A stretch of 46,985 bases of DNA. Source: Bigelowiella natans CCMP2755 (lineage: Eukaryota; Protista; Cercozoa). The position numbers and the translations under genes were made by a program. The stretch is taken from the NCBI GenBank assembly GCA_000320545.1, contig ADNK01002785.1, forward strand, positions 1 through 46,985, read 5' to 3'. How positions within the stretch are numbered: the stretch's first letter is position 1; every line of letters starts with the position of its first letter. This document shows, one piece after another, positions 1 to 13,556 of the stretch. The notes beneath the pieces are model-generated. The model ran no database searches and was not told where the DNA came from. It was given only the letters and a program-made list of their open reading frames with translations.

Positions 1-88
1 TGGGGTTTGCAAGCAGTTATCCCTACATGTGTCCTCTGCGTCTGTTCTCAACGGCATTAGTCTGATGCTTGCTCTCCACCCCCTTCCC

Positions 89-133
<45 letters not shown>

Positions 134-692
134 TGTGTGTGTGTGTGTGCGCGCGCGCCTACAGGCGTGATATTGCTGAAGCTTATCGTCGGACTGAAAC
201 TCCAACGAATGATAACAGCCTTCCCTGCCTTCTGCACTATCGCCCTTATGCCGTAAGACGACTAGAGTAGAGGGTTGTGGGGGGGGGGGGGGGGAATGCA
301 TAAAATCACGAAAAGCACCTGTATCATCAGATTATTTATTGTCCTTTCAGTTTGTCCCTTCTCCTCTTCCTCTTCGCTTTCCTTTGGCGAAGAGAATATC
401 TCTATCTATCATCACGTTCATGAAACAGGCGTCTAACATCGTTACGGCGTGTTGGCAGGTATTTGTACTCTATTGACAAGGCGATCTGGGCAGGGCTCAT
501 TTGCTGGTATGTAGTATGTAAGAAGAAGAAGAAGAAGAAACAGAAGAAGAAAAAGAAGCAGCTTTTTGAGACGTTCTTCGAGCACGGCAGCGGCAGCAGC
601 ACGTTGCAATGAGCGGGAAAGTTAGGGAAAATTGTCATCGTTGTATCTTCGAGTGTGATGTGATATAATACGTAATATGTGATGCATAACCG

Positions 693-723
<31 letters not shown>

Positions 724-1047
724 CTTCGTGCTGTTCTGTCTATGACTACCAGGGCTTGTCTGAACCTCTTGGAACTGATCTTCAACTACATCGCTCCCCA
801 GGAAGAGAGCGCCGAATACCTGTTTATGGACATCGATACGACAATAGAAAAGTAGTGAAAGTAGCAGTAGTAGCAGTGGAGGAGGATTAATGATGATGAT
901 GATGAATGATGATGATGATGATGATGATGGCTCATTATCACTCAATAATGATTATATGTGTCCTGCAAACCAGGCTGGAAAGCATGAGAGGGCAGCTGCG
1001 TATGTCTAATCGTCCTCCTCCGTGTACTGCTGAAGGTAGGAACATAC

Positions 1048-1085
<38 letters not shown>

Positions 1086-1160
1086 GTGTGCGTGTGTCTA
1101 TTTATATATGTTTCGCGTGGAGTTATTCTCCATTGGGCCTCACAGCAAATTTTGATCTTC

Positions 1161-1202
<42 letters not shown>

Positions 1203-1370
1203 CGCCCTCCTACCCACCCACCCTCTTTCTCTGCTGCTACTGCTGCTGCTGCTGCTACTACTATTAGTGGGAGATCTACTTCGGAGTGCGTGTCACATCG
1301 TTCGCATAGCCGAAGAACAGCTAAATAGCAGCACTGCGGCCAATGGCAAACCGTCGGCTCTGGTAGCATA
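1..1370 (+). CDS. C-terminal part of a spliced nucleobase permease (NCS2/AzgA-like); 5' end outside the window, 3' end uncertain
   Basis: Phase-consistent GT-AG joining of exons (~17-59, 165-252, ~458-507, 753-851, 973-1036, 1269-1370) gives ...VILLKLIVGLKLQRMITAFPAFCTIALMPYLYSIDKAIWAGLICWACLNLLEL..., which resembles the AzgA-family C-terminal motif AxPAFxTIxxMPxxYSI. Confidence 0.65.
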
Positions 1371-1720
1371 AGTACTAGTAGTAGTAGTAGTAGTAAGAGT
1401 CGTTCTCTTCGTCATCGTCGTTGTGAAGTGGTAGTAGTAGTAGTAGTAGTAATGGTAGTAGTAGTAGTAGTAGTAACAGTAGCACTCTTGGAAGAAGGAG
1501 TCGGGTTTCTCCAGAATTCAGGCGAAGAATTGATTGGTATGGTGGCGAATACACAGGCTCCTCAACGATCGGTATCGGCCATTCACACCATGCTCACGCC
1601 CAAAATAAGCTGTATTCGAGGAGAAGCGAAGACGGGCGGAGACGAAAGGTGCGACTTTGTCGTGTTGTTAGCAGTCTAACGGGGTGCATGGGCAATGTTT
1701 GCAATATTTACTAATGTTAT

Positions 1721-1784
<64 letters not shown>

Positions 1785-3115
1785 ATTTATATATATCGTA
1801 ATTTATAAGCCTGTACATGTTTATCTTATACGATAGTCCCATGTACCCCAACCTCGATGGACCTGTACTAGGAGGCCACGATGATCTCTCCTACCAAAAG
1901 GTAATGGGGGGGGGGTTGGGGGCAGTATGGATGTAGATATTAGTAAGAATGAGGAGGAGGTGATGATGATGATGATGATGATGATGATGGTGATGGTGAT
2001 GGTGAATCATTGGTGTTGTGCTGTGCCGGGAGACAGGTACTTCGGTGTATACTAAAGTTTTTACCCCCCCCCCCCCCCCCCCCCTCATCATGTACGGATA
2101 TCGATATTGCTGGATGACAAATACTCTCTGCGAACGCACACCGATTTCTTCTCCCCACACAAGAGTAGATGAGGGGAATATAGCGGAAATTAAAAAATAA
2201 AAAGAGTCTTAGAATTCGTGTGGTTTCTTCCACAGAAGAGGAAGAACAAAATAAAAATAAGAAGAACAAAAATAAAAATAAGAAGAAGAAGAATACGCGA
2301 TATGTGAGAACGGTTACACAGACGTTATAACGGGTAAGGATAGCAACGACGCGAGTCGCTATTATCCCACTACATAGTGAGTGTTTGGCAGAGAAAAGGG
2401 AGAGCGGGAAATGGAACAGCTTGCTTTATAAATTCCATTGAGCCGTGCAACCCTACGATGCCGATTCGTCACAGAGGCTTGATAGTGGTCCGCGCACAGG
2501 ACAAGAGCTAGAGAGTGTCGTGCTTTATTTTAGTTTTAATAATGAGCAATCGATGCAATGCTAGAACGTACGAATTTACGATGTCACCCGGCATCATCCA
2601 CATGTGATCGCATCGAGTGCGTGGGGAACAGGGAGTACGTCCGGTGACAATTCATCGGGAATAAAGCCCAAGTGCTTGAACGTGCACTGCGCTAGACTGC
2701 CATCGATCGTGCCATCGTTGAAGCCTGGAGTGAGGTTTGCTATCGCTGCACTCCAACACTGCAAGCTGTGGCAGCAAGCAACCACGATCGATGTGCGCGA
2801 CAGCAGCGCAGCAAAACTGTCATGGCAGACAATCGTTGAACAGCGTTAAGACGCATGCCATGTGCATGGATCGGACAGCACGTACGATACGATACGTGCA
2901 CTGCGCTGTGGCAGCTCTTTCCTGCGTTGTGATTGACTATATGCGCCATGCTAGCATGTGTACGTGTGCACATGATCGCAAGATCAACGTATAGAAACGG
3001 ACGCTGCGCTTGTTTTAATGCGCCTGCGGCGCGTGAATGCGAGCTCAAGCATGCTGCTAGTCCTCACGACTACGTGCAAGCTCAAACATGAGAAGTCACG
3101 TGGCCGGCCGCATGA

Positions 3116-4637
3116 TCATTGCTTGCTTGCGCATGAGTGATGAGGGCTACTGCACAGTGGTGTGAAAACTACGCACTGTTCCATGGCTGACGACATGGTA
3201 GCCAGAAACAAAAACATGCATCTAATCCTCTCTAAAACCCCCTTTTCTTCTTCTTTCCCCATGAAGGCAATGAGCATTCGTCGTTCTGAACGAATCTGCA
3301 GTCTACGAAGGTGTTCTACAGGAGGGGGAGGGGAGGGGGGAGAATAATCAAGACACATAGCCTTGTATCAATTTGGTAAGGAAGGGATATACCTTGGACG
3401 CATCCCATATTGCTTCTATCAACCCGTAGTTCTGCATATCATGGTCCCCTAAAAAGCTCTTGAACAAGCACCGGGCAACCATCCCGTGTGCCACTATCAA
3501 CACAGCACCGTGTCCTGTATACAACCAAAACATGAAATGACTAACGTCTCAACATCAATGGGATCTCAAGAATTCAGCGCTAGTGCAAGAAGACCTTCCC
3601 CTCGGAGCTGCGATAACCTCGTCTTCATTTTCTCGATTTGCTTCGTATGGAATGTATCGAAGGTCTCATAGCTATTAAAGTATGCGTACTCTTTGGCCAA
3701 CTCGTTGCCCTCCTCGCTCCACCCAGGTTTTAGATCTGCAGCCAAGCTCCTCTTCAAACTGTCTAGCCATTTTCCACTTAGTCTTTTGCTGGGCACCTTC
3801 TTCCTTCTGCAGCATCCCCATAGATCAAATGAGGAGGGGGGGGGGCGCTCTTTCTGAAACAGTGTGGAGTAGTGCTCGGCATACTTCTCGGGGAAGCTCC
3901 TAGAGACCTGGACTGTATGACAGCGACTTGAAGCCGTGGCTCTCTTCACCCACTCGTGAAAATACGGGTTTGCCTCGACGTTAATGTCGACGTCTGCTAA
4001 TTCTGTTAGTTTCTCGCCGAATACTGCCATTAAAGTCTGCTGCGTCCTCCTCAAAGGAGAGGTGATTATCTTTGTGACAGGGTACTTGCCAGAGAAGATG
4101 TTAAAGCTATCTTCCGTGCCATCATTCCCAAAGTATTTTTTGCTGATTTCGCTTGCATCATGGACCCCCTTCTTGGAGAGGACAACATCCCGCAGCTTCT
4201 GCTCGACGTCATCGATAGTCTTTTTGACGTTTTTATCAGGTACCAATTCCTTGATACAGGAAATGTCCTCCGGCGGTAGAATCTTGCGCATTAACTCATT
4301 TTCCATCATGACAAGGTCTAGCAGTTCCCGTGAGGTGGCATCCTTATTCTTGGTTTTATTCTTGAAATAATTCGATACTGACTCTCCGTGGCGAATGTAC
4401 AGGACCCGTATCTGAGCAGGCATAATACAAGTCAAGATACCCTCAGAACGTAATTAATTTCGGTAGTTACCGAATTAGGATGGTGCTATCCAAAGAAAAT
4501 ACAGATTCTATCCGTACGTCTATACTAACAAGGGAAATGAGACATTTCTCTGGGAGTATCTGAACCTGTGTTTTTCCTTCCCCAACTTCAACTGGCTTAT
4601 ACCCAGCACTTGAAGGTTTTTCTTTTTTATCCGACAT
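3116..4637 (-). CDS. Histidine phosphatase / phosphoglycerate-mutase superfamily protein (spliced)
   Basis: VLYIRHGES (RHG motif) and ITSPLRRTQQT in ORF 3566-4435. The second catalytic His motif VLIVAHG lies in a downstream exon (~3395-3515). Putative ATG at 4637 (MSDKKEKP); both termini are approximate. Confidence 0.8.
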
Positions 4638-5808
4638 CTTAGAAGATGCGTAATTATACGGTCTCTCTGCACTTCCCCCTCCGGTATTAATAACTTTGTT
4701 CGATCCGAGATTGCCTAGGTTGACAGTACGTGCATGCAATCATCATAGGCAATAATAACACATTCCGGAATGCTGTGCCCAACCCAAATGTACTTTCATG
4801 CAACGTTTGCCGGGCGTATCTAGGACAGGTTTGTATATGTGCTCGCAGCGCGTGTATGTTTTTATGTCTCTTTGTGTGTGCTTGTGTGCTTGTGTGTCTA
4901 GTGTGTGCGTTTCGATTCGTTCGCCCAACTCTCCGACAGAGGTCCCATGAACCCCACTCTTTCATGGATACGTGGCATTCAGTATGATCATAGATCTAGC
5001 ACAAACACCACAGCGATCACTTTCGGACAGCCTACCCCCACTTGCTCGAGATTACACGTTGACCCGCCGTCTGGGGTGTACGTCGGGGAGCAGGCGAATC
5101 TTGTGTGCTGAATCTTTGATGTAGTAGGTGAATAACAAGGGCATTTATGAACTGCGACAATGAAGATTGTCCTGGAAATTGAGGGATTCACGGGTTCGGT
5201 TTTATATGTGGTTCATTGTTTGATCCAGATAGGTCCATCATCATGCATTGCTTCGAACGTTACAAATAATGGTGAGAGCAGATCCGAAATTGGGTAAAAA
5301 TGTATGCGGAAAGAGACCAAACGACTCGAGGCTGGGAATAAGAACGAAAACAAAGAGGGTTTTTCCAGTTTTTGTCTCTTAAACCTTTGTCGTTTCTCAT
5401 GATCAGAAAAGATCAAGCTAAATGCAGGCGGTTTGGGGTTTCCCAAACATGGTGCCAGATCCAGGTTCACCTAATCGGTACCAGTTTGGACAGATTTGGC
5501 TTCAAGAGACAACCGATATGAAAATAATAAGTGCGAAATCGCCTTGTTTTCCGTTAAAAATCCAGTACATCTGAGCAAATAGCCTCTTACGTGCCTCAAA
5601 AACTGGGTTTTGCGTTTCTGAAGCAAGCGGTTTCCGGCTTGGTGCAGCCTTTCGATTCTTTCCACCCCACCCCCAACCTGTCATATTCGTGCCCACTTAA
5701 TAAAGCATTGATGGAATATTACAGACTTTCCACTAATTAAAATTTGCGAAATCCCCATCAGGCCCCCTGCAGAGCTGAGGGAGAGGCACAGAGCCCAGGG
5801 AGAGCAAG

Positions 5809-7801
5809 ATGGAGGAGTTCAAAGCACAGCAGGAACTGAATGAGAGCCTCCATGACATGGTCGACCACATTGTGGACAACGCAACGGAAAATCTTCTAGA
5901 CTCGTTCTTTAATAGCAGAGCTGAGAGTAAGACAGCAGAGCAGGTTGTCGAGAGTATATACCAAGCCGTTGCATTTCAGTTACTACGAAGCGATCCTGGG
6001 GAGGTAAAGGGGAAGCTCAATCCCAGCTGGGAAGCTGAGCAAGAGCCGCCGATGTGCGAAATCGATCGGTTTGCTCGAGGCGTTATTCCTCTCCGCCATC
6101 GTCCCGGCGCCCATTACAGAAACAAGATTAATATAATGGCAAGACCTGGCACTGAAGTAGTTGCTTCCCGAGCGGCAAGCGTTAGCGGAAACAGCGTAGC
6201 TTCCAGGAGGGGCAAGTATAGCGGTGGTGGTAATAGACAAAATCGGACGAAAAATCGAAAAGGTAAAGGAGAGAAAAGAGACCCACTGCAGCCGTACGAG
6301 ATAACAGAGGAGGTCGGCCAGGACGAGATCAAAATGGATAGACTAAGAGACATTGAGTTAAGGAAGATGGAGAGAAGGCGTAAAAGGGAGCAGATTGAAG
6401 AAGAGAAAAAGAGGAGAGCTATAGAAGAGGAGGAGCGAATAAAACGTCTGCAGGAGGAACTGCAGGGCAAACCATATACATTTGACCAGGATGGAAACGT
6501 AATTCTAATCCAATCCCTCAAGGCGGAGAAAATGCCTCGCATATCCTTAGAACCAAAGATTAAAGTCAAGAATGCCCCTATCCCGGTCAAAGAGGAGATA
6601 AGCCCTAAGGACAAGAAGAAAAACGCCAAAGGCAAACAGAAGAAAAAGTCAAAGAAAGCGAAGGGCAAGGAGACACCTGCGAACTCGTTCCTGGAGAAGG
6701 TCGACGCGGAGCCACCGATCATGGACGTGATAGAGCTACAATCTGGAGTTACCATAAGAGATTCTGCAACTGGACAAGTAAAGGCTGGTGCAGAACCCTC
6801 CTCAGGCGATGTGATGCACATGACACGGACAGAGTACAACAGCATGCTCGACTCCATGCAGCAGCCTGTAGCGATGGTGCAGCCCTCAACTGCCGACTCC
6901 GAGGGAATGGGACTGGGATTCGGCAAAAATCCAAATATTCAAGAGACAGATAAAGCTCCTGATTCTAAGAGAAAGATGGATGCGGATGGTGCTCAAGATC
7001 ACGAAGGCGGTGATAACGAAAGCGAGTTGGCGAGTGGTGGGGGAAGCCCCTCCTCAAAACTCAACGTCTCTAGCGGATTCGACTTCCAAGACACATCAAC
7101 TTCCACAGCCTCACTTGGCGACACAAGCAAGATTGTTCTTCGAGGTGGGCTTACCGCAGCCCGTGGGGGTCGGGCAGGGCGTCGGAGGCTCAGAGCTCGC
7201 GGCGGCAGAACGCATTTTGTCAAGCCAATACAATCGAGATCCCCCTACTCGCCTGAGAGCAGCATTCTCGAGGATACGGTGGATGACACCGAGGTCGACA
7301 ACTTCAACCAAACCATCCTGCAAGATCCACAATGGGGGCAAAGTAAACCGTCAGGGGGCAAGGCGATGCTGCGCCCTCGGCCAATCAAAACTTCTGGCAA
7401 GGATAGAGCGAGGGCTTTGGGCTTCCAAAGAGCAAAGCTGCCTCGCGACAGGACTGGCGTTTCGACAGTGCAAAAGAAACTTCCTCCCCCAATATATCCT
7501 GCATACAAGGGTACTTAATTTTATTTTGGCGTGCTTGTGTGCGGTATTTACTCTGAAGGTTAGACTCATTATATGTATGCCGTGGTTTTTCTATGCGAAG
7601 GCCACGGAGTCGTCAAAGGAAATCTTGGAAAATCTTCCCCACCAAGCAAAACCACCAAGAAAAAGAAATCGAAATTGAACGATCTTAAGGTAAGATACGA
7701 GGGAAGAGTTGGAGTAGTTGAGGCTAACATAGACTTTCTGATTGATACAGGTCACAAAAGATCCTTCGCAAATTTTTGGTGGATCGAGGGCGAGAAGATG
7801 A
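5809..7801 (+). CDS. Uncharacterised protein with N-terminal C2orf81/DUF4639-like motif and charged coiled coil
   Basis: 569-aa ORF containing WEAEQEPPMCEIDRFARGVIP, which resembles the W..EP....D.(W/F)A.G..P motif of C2orf81-like proteins. Two short 3' introns (~7511-7600, ~7690-7750) lead to TGA at 7799-7801. The true start may be upstream. Confidence 0.6.
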
Positions 7802-8321
7802 ACAAGTCAGCGTTAAGGGCAGGTGGGCAAGTTAACGATGCCAGGTGTGCAACATAGCATACTTGCTCTTCATAGCGTAAGCATTACAGCTAAGCATGGC
7901 TAATGGTTGGACTATAAGAGCGCTTCACGTGCCATTCCAAACAGAAATTTCGTCCATGTGATGACGTAGGTAAAGCTAGCGCTGCACAGCATGCAAGCAT
8001 GTTCGACGTTGTGCGTGTTGTTACATGTCATGGCGGCCACATCTAGACACGGGTTGCGCATTTTTGCACGCGGGCGGCAGCAGAGCGAGCAGATGTGCGC
8101 GCCATAGCGCATGCAGCATCCGCGAACAAGCATCGACTCTGTACGTCGGGCTCATCGTCGTGCTCTAATTAAACACGTGCGTACATGATGCGGCGGTGTA
8201 CGTGTACAACTAGCATTGGCTGTCGACCTTGATCACGTTTATACTGCGTACGCACGCGTGTACGTCATGCTGCTTGCATGTGCAGATTTTGTGCATGCAT
8301 GCATGCGCATATATGTGTACA

Positions 8322-8360
<39 letters not shown>

Positions 8361-8773
8361 GAGTGTGTACGTAATATGTGTACATGCATTGCATTGTGTA
8401 GCGTGTTTAGATGCTATGCATGGCACAGTACACATAATAATAAGCCACAATAACAAGCGCAAACGTAATATTAGCTAAGCTCGTGTTTGCATGTCTTAGT
8501 ACATCGTCTGTACGTACATGCAATATATAAGGAAGTATACATGTATTGCCAAAAAAGCTAGATGTCTCGATGGTGCATATGGAGATGTGTATATGTGCAT
8601 AGCAAGATACCGTGCGTGCACTAATGTATAGTAGCACTTTATATATGCTACACATAGCTTTGTACATGTGCATTTTATAGAGTACGTGACGACTAACTAG
8701 TTCCACCATACAAGTATCAACCCTCGGTTTGAACGAGCCTTGTAGTTAGGCAGTCATAGTTAGCGTGATTGGT

Positions 8774-10165
8774 TCAATATTGTAGGACGCGCTGCTTCTT
8801 CAGTACTTCCATTTTTCTCTTTGATGAGTGGGTTTCGGAGCGGCCACTGCAGTTCTCGCTGAGGGTATATCTGAAGCTGTCAACGACAATCTCCTTAGCA
8901 TTCGAATCCTTGACTCCAATGCACTTGATGCTGAGTTCATTCCCGTCCTTGGACACTTTAACGTTCAAGATGTGATGGTGGCGGTCATCTCCAACTGCCG
9001 TATAAGCTCCAGGATGGTTACCTCGAAACCTGCTGAAGCTTCCCCCATGGTTGCTCAGTTTGCCGCCCGGACTAGCCTTGATGAAGATCGTTCCAGCTGT
9101 GTTTTCATCGTAGCACTTGATGTTGTCCTGCTTCTCCATCGCAAACTGATAATGCTCTTTCAAACTGTCGTTGGGGAGAACAGGGTATGTTCTCTCGTAA
9201 TTTTGATCGTGCGCGTTGAGAACAAGGCGCACGCCATGACTCGTAAACATCTCCAAAAGCTCCTGCCTGAGATTCATGTTCGAAGGATGGCTATGGCCGT
9301 TGGCAAAAGGAGACACATGGAAGTAAGGTATCGTCCACTTAATGTTCGGATCGTTTTGTGCAGCCACCAACTCATCTTTGATCCAATCAATACTGCCGTC
9401 CACAAGCCCATTTTTGCATTTTGGCCCAGCGATAGAGATGAATCTGACAGATCCGACGGTGAAGGAGTAGAAGACGCCCGTGTCGTCACCATCAAGGCCT
9501 TTTGGTAGAGCAAATCTTTGCTTCCACGATTCAATTCCCTCGTATCTTTCATGATTGCCGTATGTAGGCATCAGGACCGTCTTTCTCGCGAAGGTCTGGA
9601 TCTCTTGGAAGAAAAAGTCAATTCCGTCCTCGCTATTGGAGAAGCGGTGGTCGTTATCACTGTACGCCATATCGCCTCCGAGGAGGACCATGAGGGGATC
9701 CATATCACCGATGAGGGAAATCACTCGCTTCGTAGCATTTGTGAGTCCGTCATCTCTCCCAATTAGTCCAGTATCCCCTACGAATACGAAGCTAAAACTC
9801 TGGTCCTCCTCGGTAGGACTTGGTGCTGTTCTCACTTCAAACGCTTCCTTACTCCACTGGCCGCTTTTTTCCATTACTTGTATTTTATAAGGCGTCGAAG
9901 GCTTCAAAGAATTCGCTGTCGCCTGCCAAAGCGACCCATTTTGGGTCCCCGATTCGCGCATAACACCTTCAACGACCGCGCACGGAGATCCACCAGCCGC
10001 CGCACAGAATCTTGCCTGGAGAGCACTCATACAACCAGTTTCTCCTTTCCACACCACAGTCAAGGATTCTGCTGAGCTCCGAGCATCAGAGTTAATCCAG
10101 CTAGCGTGGAATTGGGTGGCTTTGCACGGGGTCAATAGGGCCGCAAGTACGAGGGGCCACACCAT
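8774..10165 (-). CDS. Secreted purple acid phosphatase-like metallophosphoesterase
   Basis: Signal peptide MVWPLVLAALLTPCKA (ATG 10165), an FN3-like N-terminal domain (LKPSTPYKIQV), and motifs GDTG, GDMAY, GNHE, YFHVSPF and AHDQNYER. One uninterrupted ORF. Confidence 0.9.
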   Translation of the reverse strand: MVWPLVLAALLTPCKATQFHASWINSDARSSAESLTVVWKGETGCMSALQARFCAAAGGSPCAVVEGVMRESGTQNGSLWQATANSLKPSTPYKIQVMEKSGQWSKEAFEVRTAPSPTEEDQSFSFVFVGDTGLIGRDDGLTNATKRVISLIGDMDPLMVLLGGDMAYSDNDHRFSNSEDGIDFFFQEIQTFARKTVLMPTYGNHERYEGIESWKQRFALPKGLDGDDTGVFYSFTVGSVRFISIAGPKCKNGLVDGSIDWIKDELVAAQNDPNIKWTIPYFHVSPFANGHSHPSNMNLRQELLEMFTSHGVRLVLNAHDQNYERTYPVLPNDSLKEHYQFAMEKQDNIKCYDENTAGTIFIKASPGGKLSNHGGSFSRFRGNHPGAYTAVGDDRHHHILNVKVSKDGNELSIKCIGVKDSNAKEIVVDSFRYTLSENCSGRSETHSSKRKMEVLKKQRVLQY

Positions 10166-10721
10166 TGGTATTTGGTGTCGCCTTGTTCTGCGGAGAAAAC
10201 CCACTGCATTTCTTCCCGAAACGGTGGGTGAAAAGATGTCGCATGCTTGAAAAACGCATCGGTGAGTTGCAACAACCGGGAGAGGAATGTTACATAGACA
10301 AATCCGAAACGATAGCGAGGGGAACGAGGGAGAACGACAAGAATTTGACCGAGCCGAAAGGTAAAAATAGCAACGACTACTTTTCGTACGTGTGATAACA
10401 TTCACAGCTCAGTTCTCATTACATCTGTCGGTGTCGCAGCTCTCTTATTCCCTCGGCTAAGTCGACAAATATATGCGGCTTTCATCATACGACTTGGTAC
10501 ATTCCTGTAAAATGAGCAGATTCACCTGGTTTCTTGTCGCTTGTTAACGAATGGCCACTTTTTCGGTGTTTATTTGGGCATTTACAGGTGAATTCTTTGG
10601 AAATGCGTGCATAGAAAGTTGAATTTTTTGAAACAAAAAGTCCTGCCCGGCTTTGAATCCCTCCCCTCTCCTCTCCGATTCATGGCCTGCCGGGCTTGAA
10701 TCTTGTGCCAGGAAGCGAAGC

Positions 10722-11075
10722 ATGTCCCTTAGTCTTCCTTTCCTATGGATAATGCTGGTACTCTATAATTTCTGAGACATATTTGGGTTGAATAAGTAAA
10801 ATTATGCATCAAATCAGCATGGAGTGGATCTGTTCACATATGGAAGACAGACCTTCGGCAGTAAACCTCCACCAGCGGAAAGGAGGAGCACCCCTTACCA
10901 ATTTCCTACCGACGGCGCTGACAAAACGAATTGGACTCGAAATCCGTTACATTCAATCGATCCTTATCACATGACTGATCCGTATTCCGCAAGTGCTCCA
11001 AGGTTAATGCATCTTGGTGTCGCATATGTACCTCACACTCATACACACACTTACACACACACACACACACACACA

Positions 11076-11170
<95 letters not shown>

Positions 11171-11755
11171 TATATATATTTCATTATGCATATATTTATG
11201 TCATGTTTAGTGTATGAGAGCGTCTATATGTTTATGTTTATTGGGATGTGCCTTGAGTAAAATTATCACTGCTGATTGAGAGCGTGGTGATATTCAGGGA
11301 GGCATGGCCTGGTGTTCACATCGTCCGCAGATATAATGAACGATCAACAAATCCAAAAGAGTTGGTGATGAGTACACCGACAAATGAGAACTATGGAAGC
11401 CTCTCGGAGGTAGAATACTTACAAAATACCTTTCAGATAGTCCGAACGTTTCAAAAAGAACGAATTACATTGTGCGAGTGCATTTATTCGCGCTCTTATT
11501 TCACATTCAAGATTCTGACTTTTAAATATGATTCATACTTCACACTCTTCAAAAAAGCATAACCAGTGCGTTTTCGAGGGTTGAAATGGATATTGACCGC
11601 CAAAAACACTCATTTACGTTTCGTATTTAGAGTTAGAGATACTTAGTGCAATGCATTGTCCAAAGTATTTTGAATTAATGCCACAGGTTCCGCGAAGGGC
11701 TATGGCAGGGATAGATTTGGTCGTTAACCAATCCTATTGGGGTGGAGATTCCTAA
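10722..11755 (+). CDS. Small hypothetical spliced protein
   Basis: Phase-consistent exons (~10722-10757, 10818-11002, 11298-11409, 11687-11755) around an (AC)n(AT)n-filled intron. No family recognised. Confidence 0.45.
11079..11166. repeat. Perfect (AT)n microsatellite in an intron
   Basis: About 44 uninterrupted AT units. Other intact (TA)n tracts occur at ~1747-1780, ~23489-23521, ~26505-26530 and ~29668-29700. Confidence 0.95.
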
Positions 11756-12322
11756 TTCCATCACACCGCACGCACGATATGTCGCTTCTCTAATAAAGTC
11801 GATGTGCTTCATCTGAGACGCAGACTGCTGCGATCAATCATTCTTATCTTATATATTGTACGAAGTAAACGCATGCATATTGCTAAGTTAGCAAGCATCG
11901 TACCGCCGCACGTGCGCTCTGCACAGCTAGCTTTGTAGCCCAGATGTCAGTGCACGTAGCTAAACATTATGCTTTACACATGCAAGCATCAAATATGTAG
12001 AGAGATAGATACACACATTATTACGATATATATATCCACGATGGAGCCGCAGTTTCAGGCGCCAGACTAAGCCTCTAATAGCTAGCGATCCCAAACCATA
12101 CGTACATTGCATTTTATTAATATTCTTGCTAAGTATAATATTTTGACGAATACAAGATCGACAATAGCGCAATGTGCGCGCGAAACTCTACACATGTCCT
12201 CTTTGCTGCGGCAAATGATGCCGGAAAAATATGATCTACAGAGCATCGCATTGCCGATGAGTACAGCATGCATATCATCTTGAGCTTGCGGCACACTCAT
12301 GCATCGGTTCCCTCATACTAAA

Positions 12323-13511
12323 CTAGGACTCCTGCTGGCCCCCCTCCTCAGCTTTCTGCTTTTTTAGAGTCGATAAGTATGGGCAATCCTCTTTGCTGCC
12401 TTCTACTGCAGGATGATCATCCGGTAGCTTATGATCGCTGCTGACTTCTCCCTCCTCTTCCTTCTCCTTACCAAAAACGCCTTCTCTCATGGCTTTTAGG
12501 GCATTCATGTACGGGCAGGCCTCGATTCCTCCACCCCCCCCCTCATCGCCGTCTCCCGCTCCTTCATTTGGCGGGGGATCTATGAGGCCATAAAAGACAC
12601 CCATTCCATGGAAGAAGCTAGCTAGAGAGGTGAATACCAGGTATCCGTACCCAAGAGCAGCCTTAGCAGCGTGAACGAGTAGGGAGGGTGGGGGCGAAAG
12701 TTGCGATCTATGAGAGGATTGCTGTCCGAGGAAATGCATCCAGTCCTTGGCACCTTCTAGCTGCAAGTCGCGACTAAATCGCGAGGGTGGGAACTGCAGT
12801 GTGTCGCCGAAGCTGAGGGGTGTGCATCAGATACTGCGATCATGCTTATTGTGGTAATGGAACTGATGATGACGACGATGACGACGACAACGACAACGAT
12901 GATGATTGATGATGATGATGATGATGATGATGAGGGTGGTGGTGGTCATAATCATGATGATGAGAGAGTTAATTAGTATTATTAAGAGAAACAGAAATCT
13001 CAACCTTCCACATCTTATTTTAGTATCTGTTAACCCCCTCCCTCTCATTCGCGTTTGATGACCAGGCCTAACCTGCTAATTGTAGGACGCTCAAGAGCGT
13101 CGATTTGACCTATTTTCACCCAGCCGCAGACTGGGTCATTGAGGACCTTTTGCAGAGCAGCTCTTTGGAACGTGGATACGCAGTAGTCATGCTCGTGCTC
13201 GCCATTGGCATCATCTTCACCACCTTCCCCCCCGTGGTACTTCCGTTGTTCTTTGGGTTTCGAAATCGCATAAACATCGAACAGCTTGCTGTTTTCGTAC
13301 TTCCCGAGAAGAGCTTCTATGTATCCGACTACTGCCTTCTCGCCGTCGCCTTCCTTGCTGCTCCCCTCATGTTTTCTGCTCATCAAGGCCTCCGATGGGA
13401 CCAGTTGTACCTCGAAGGGTACGCGGGGCTCGCGCACCCTCTTCCTACATGGAGTTGTTTGTACGGAAGAAATGAGACTAACGATGTTTTGCTTACACCG
13501 CACACACACAT

Positions 13512-13556
<45 letters not shown>

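Noticed and set aside
23-2300. ORFs with poly-ER, CV, TH, Q, H or V runs (also seen elsewhere in the window)
   Set aside because: These are translations of microsatellites in introns or UTRs.
6114-6926. Long antisense ORFs (also 8828-9508, 41926-42750, 43686-44471)
   Set aside because: They are shadows of real coding sequence on the opposite strand, with no recognisable motifs.
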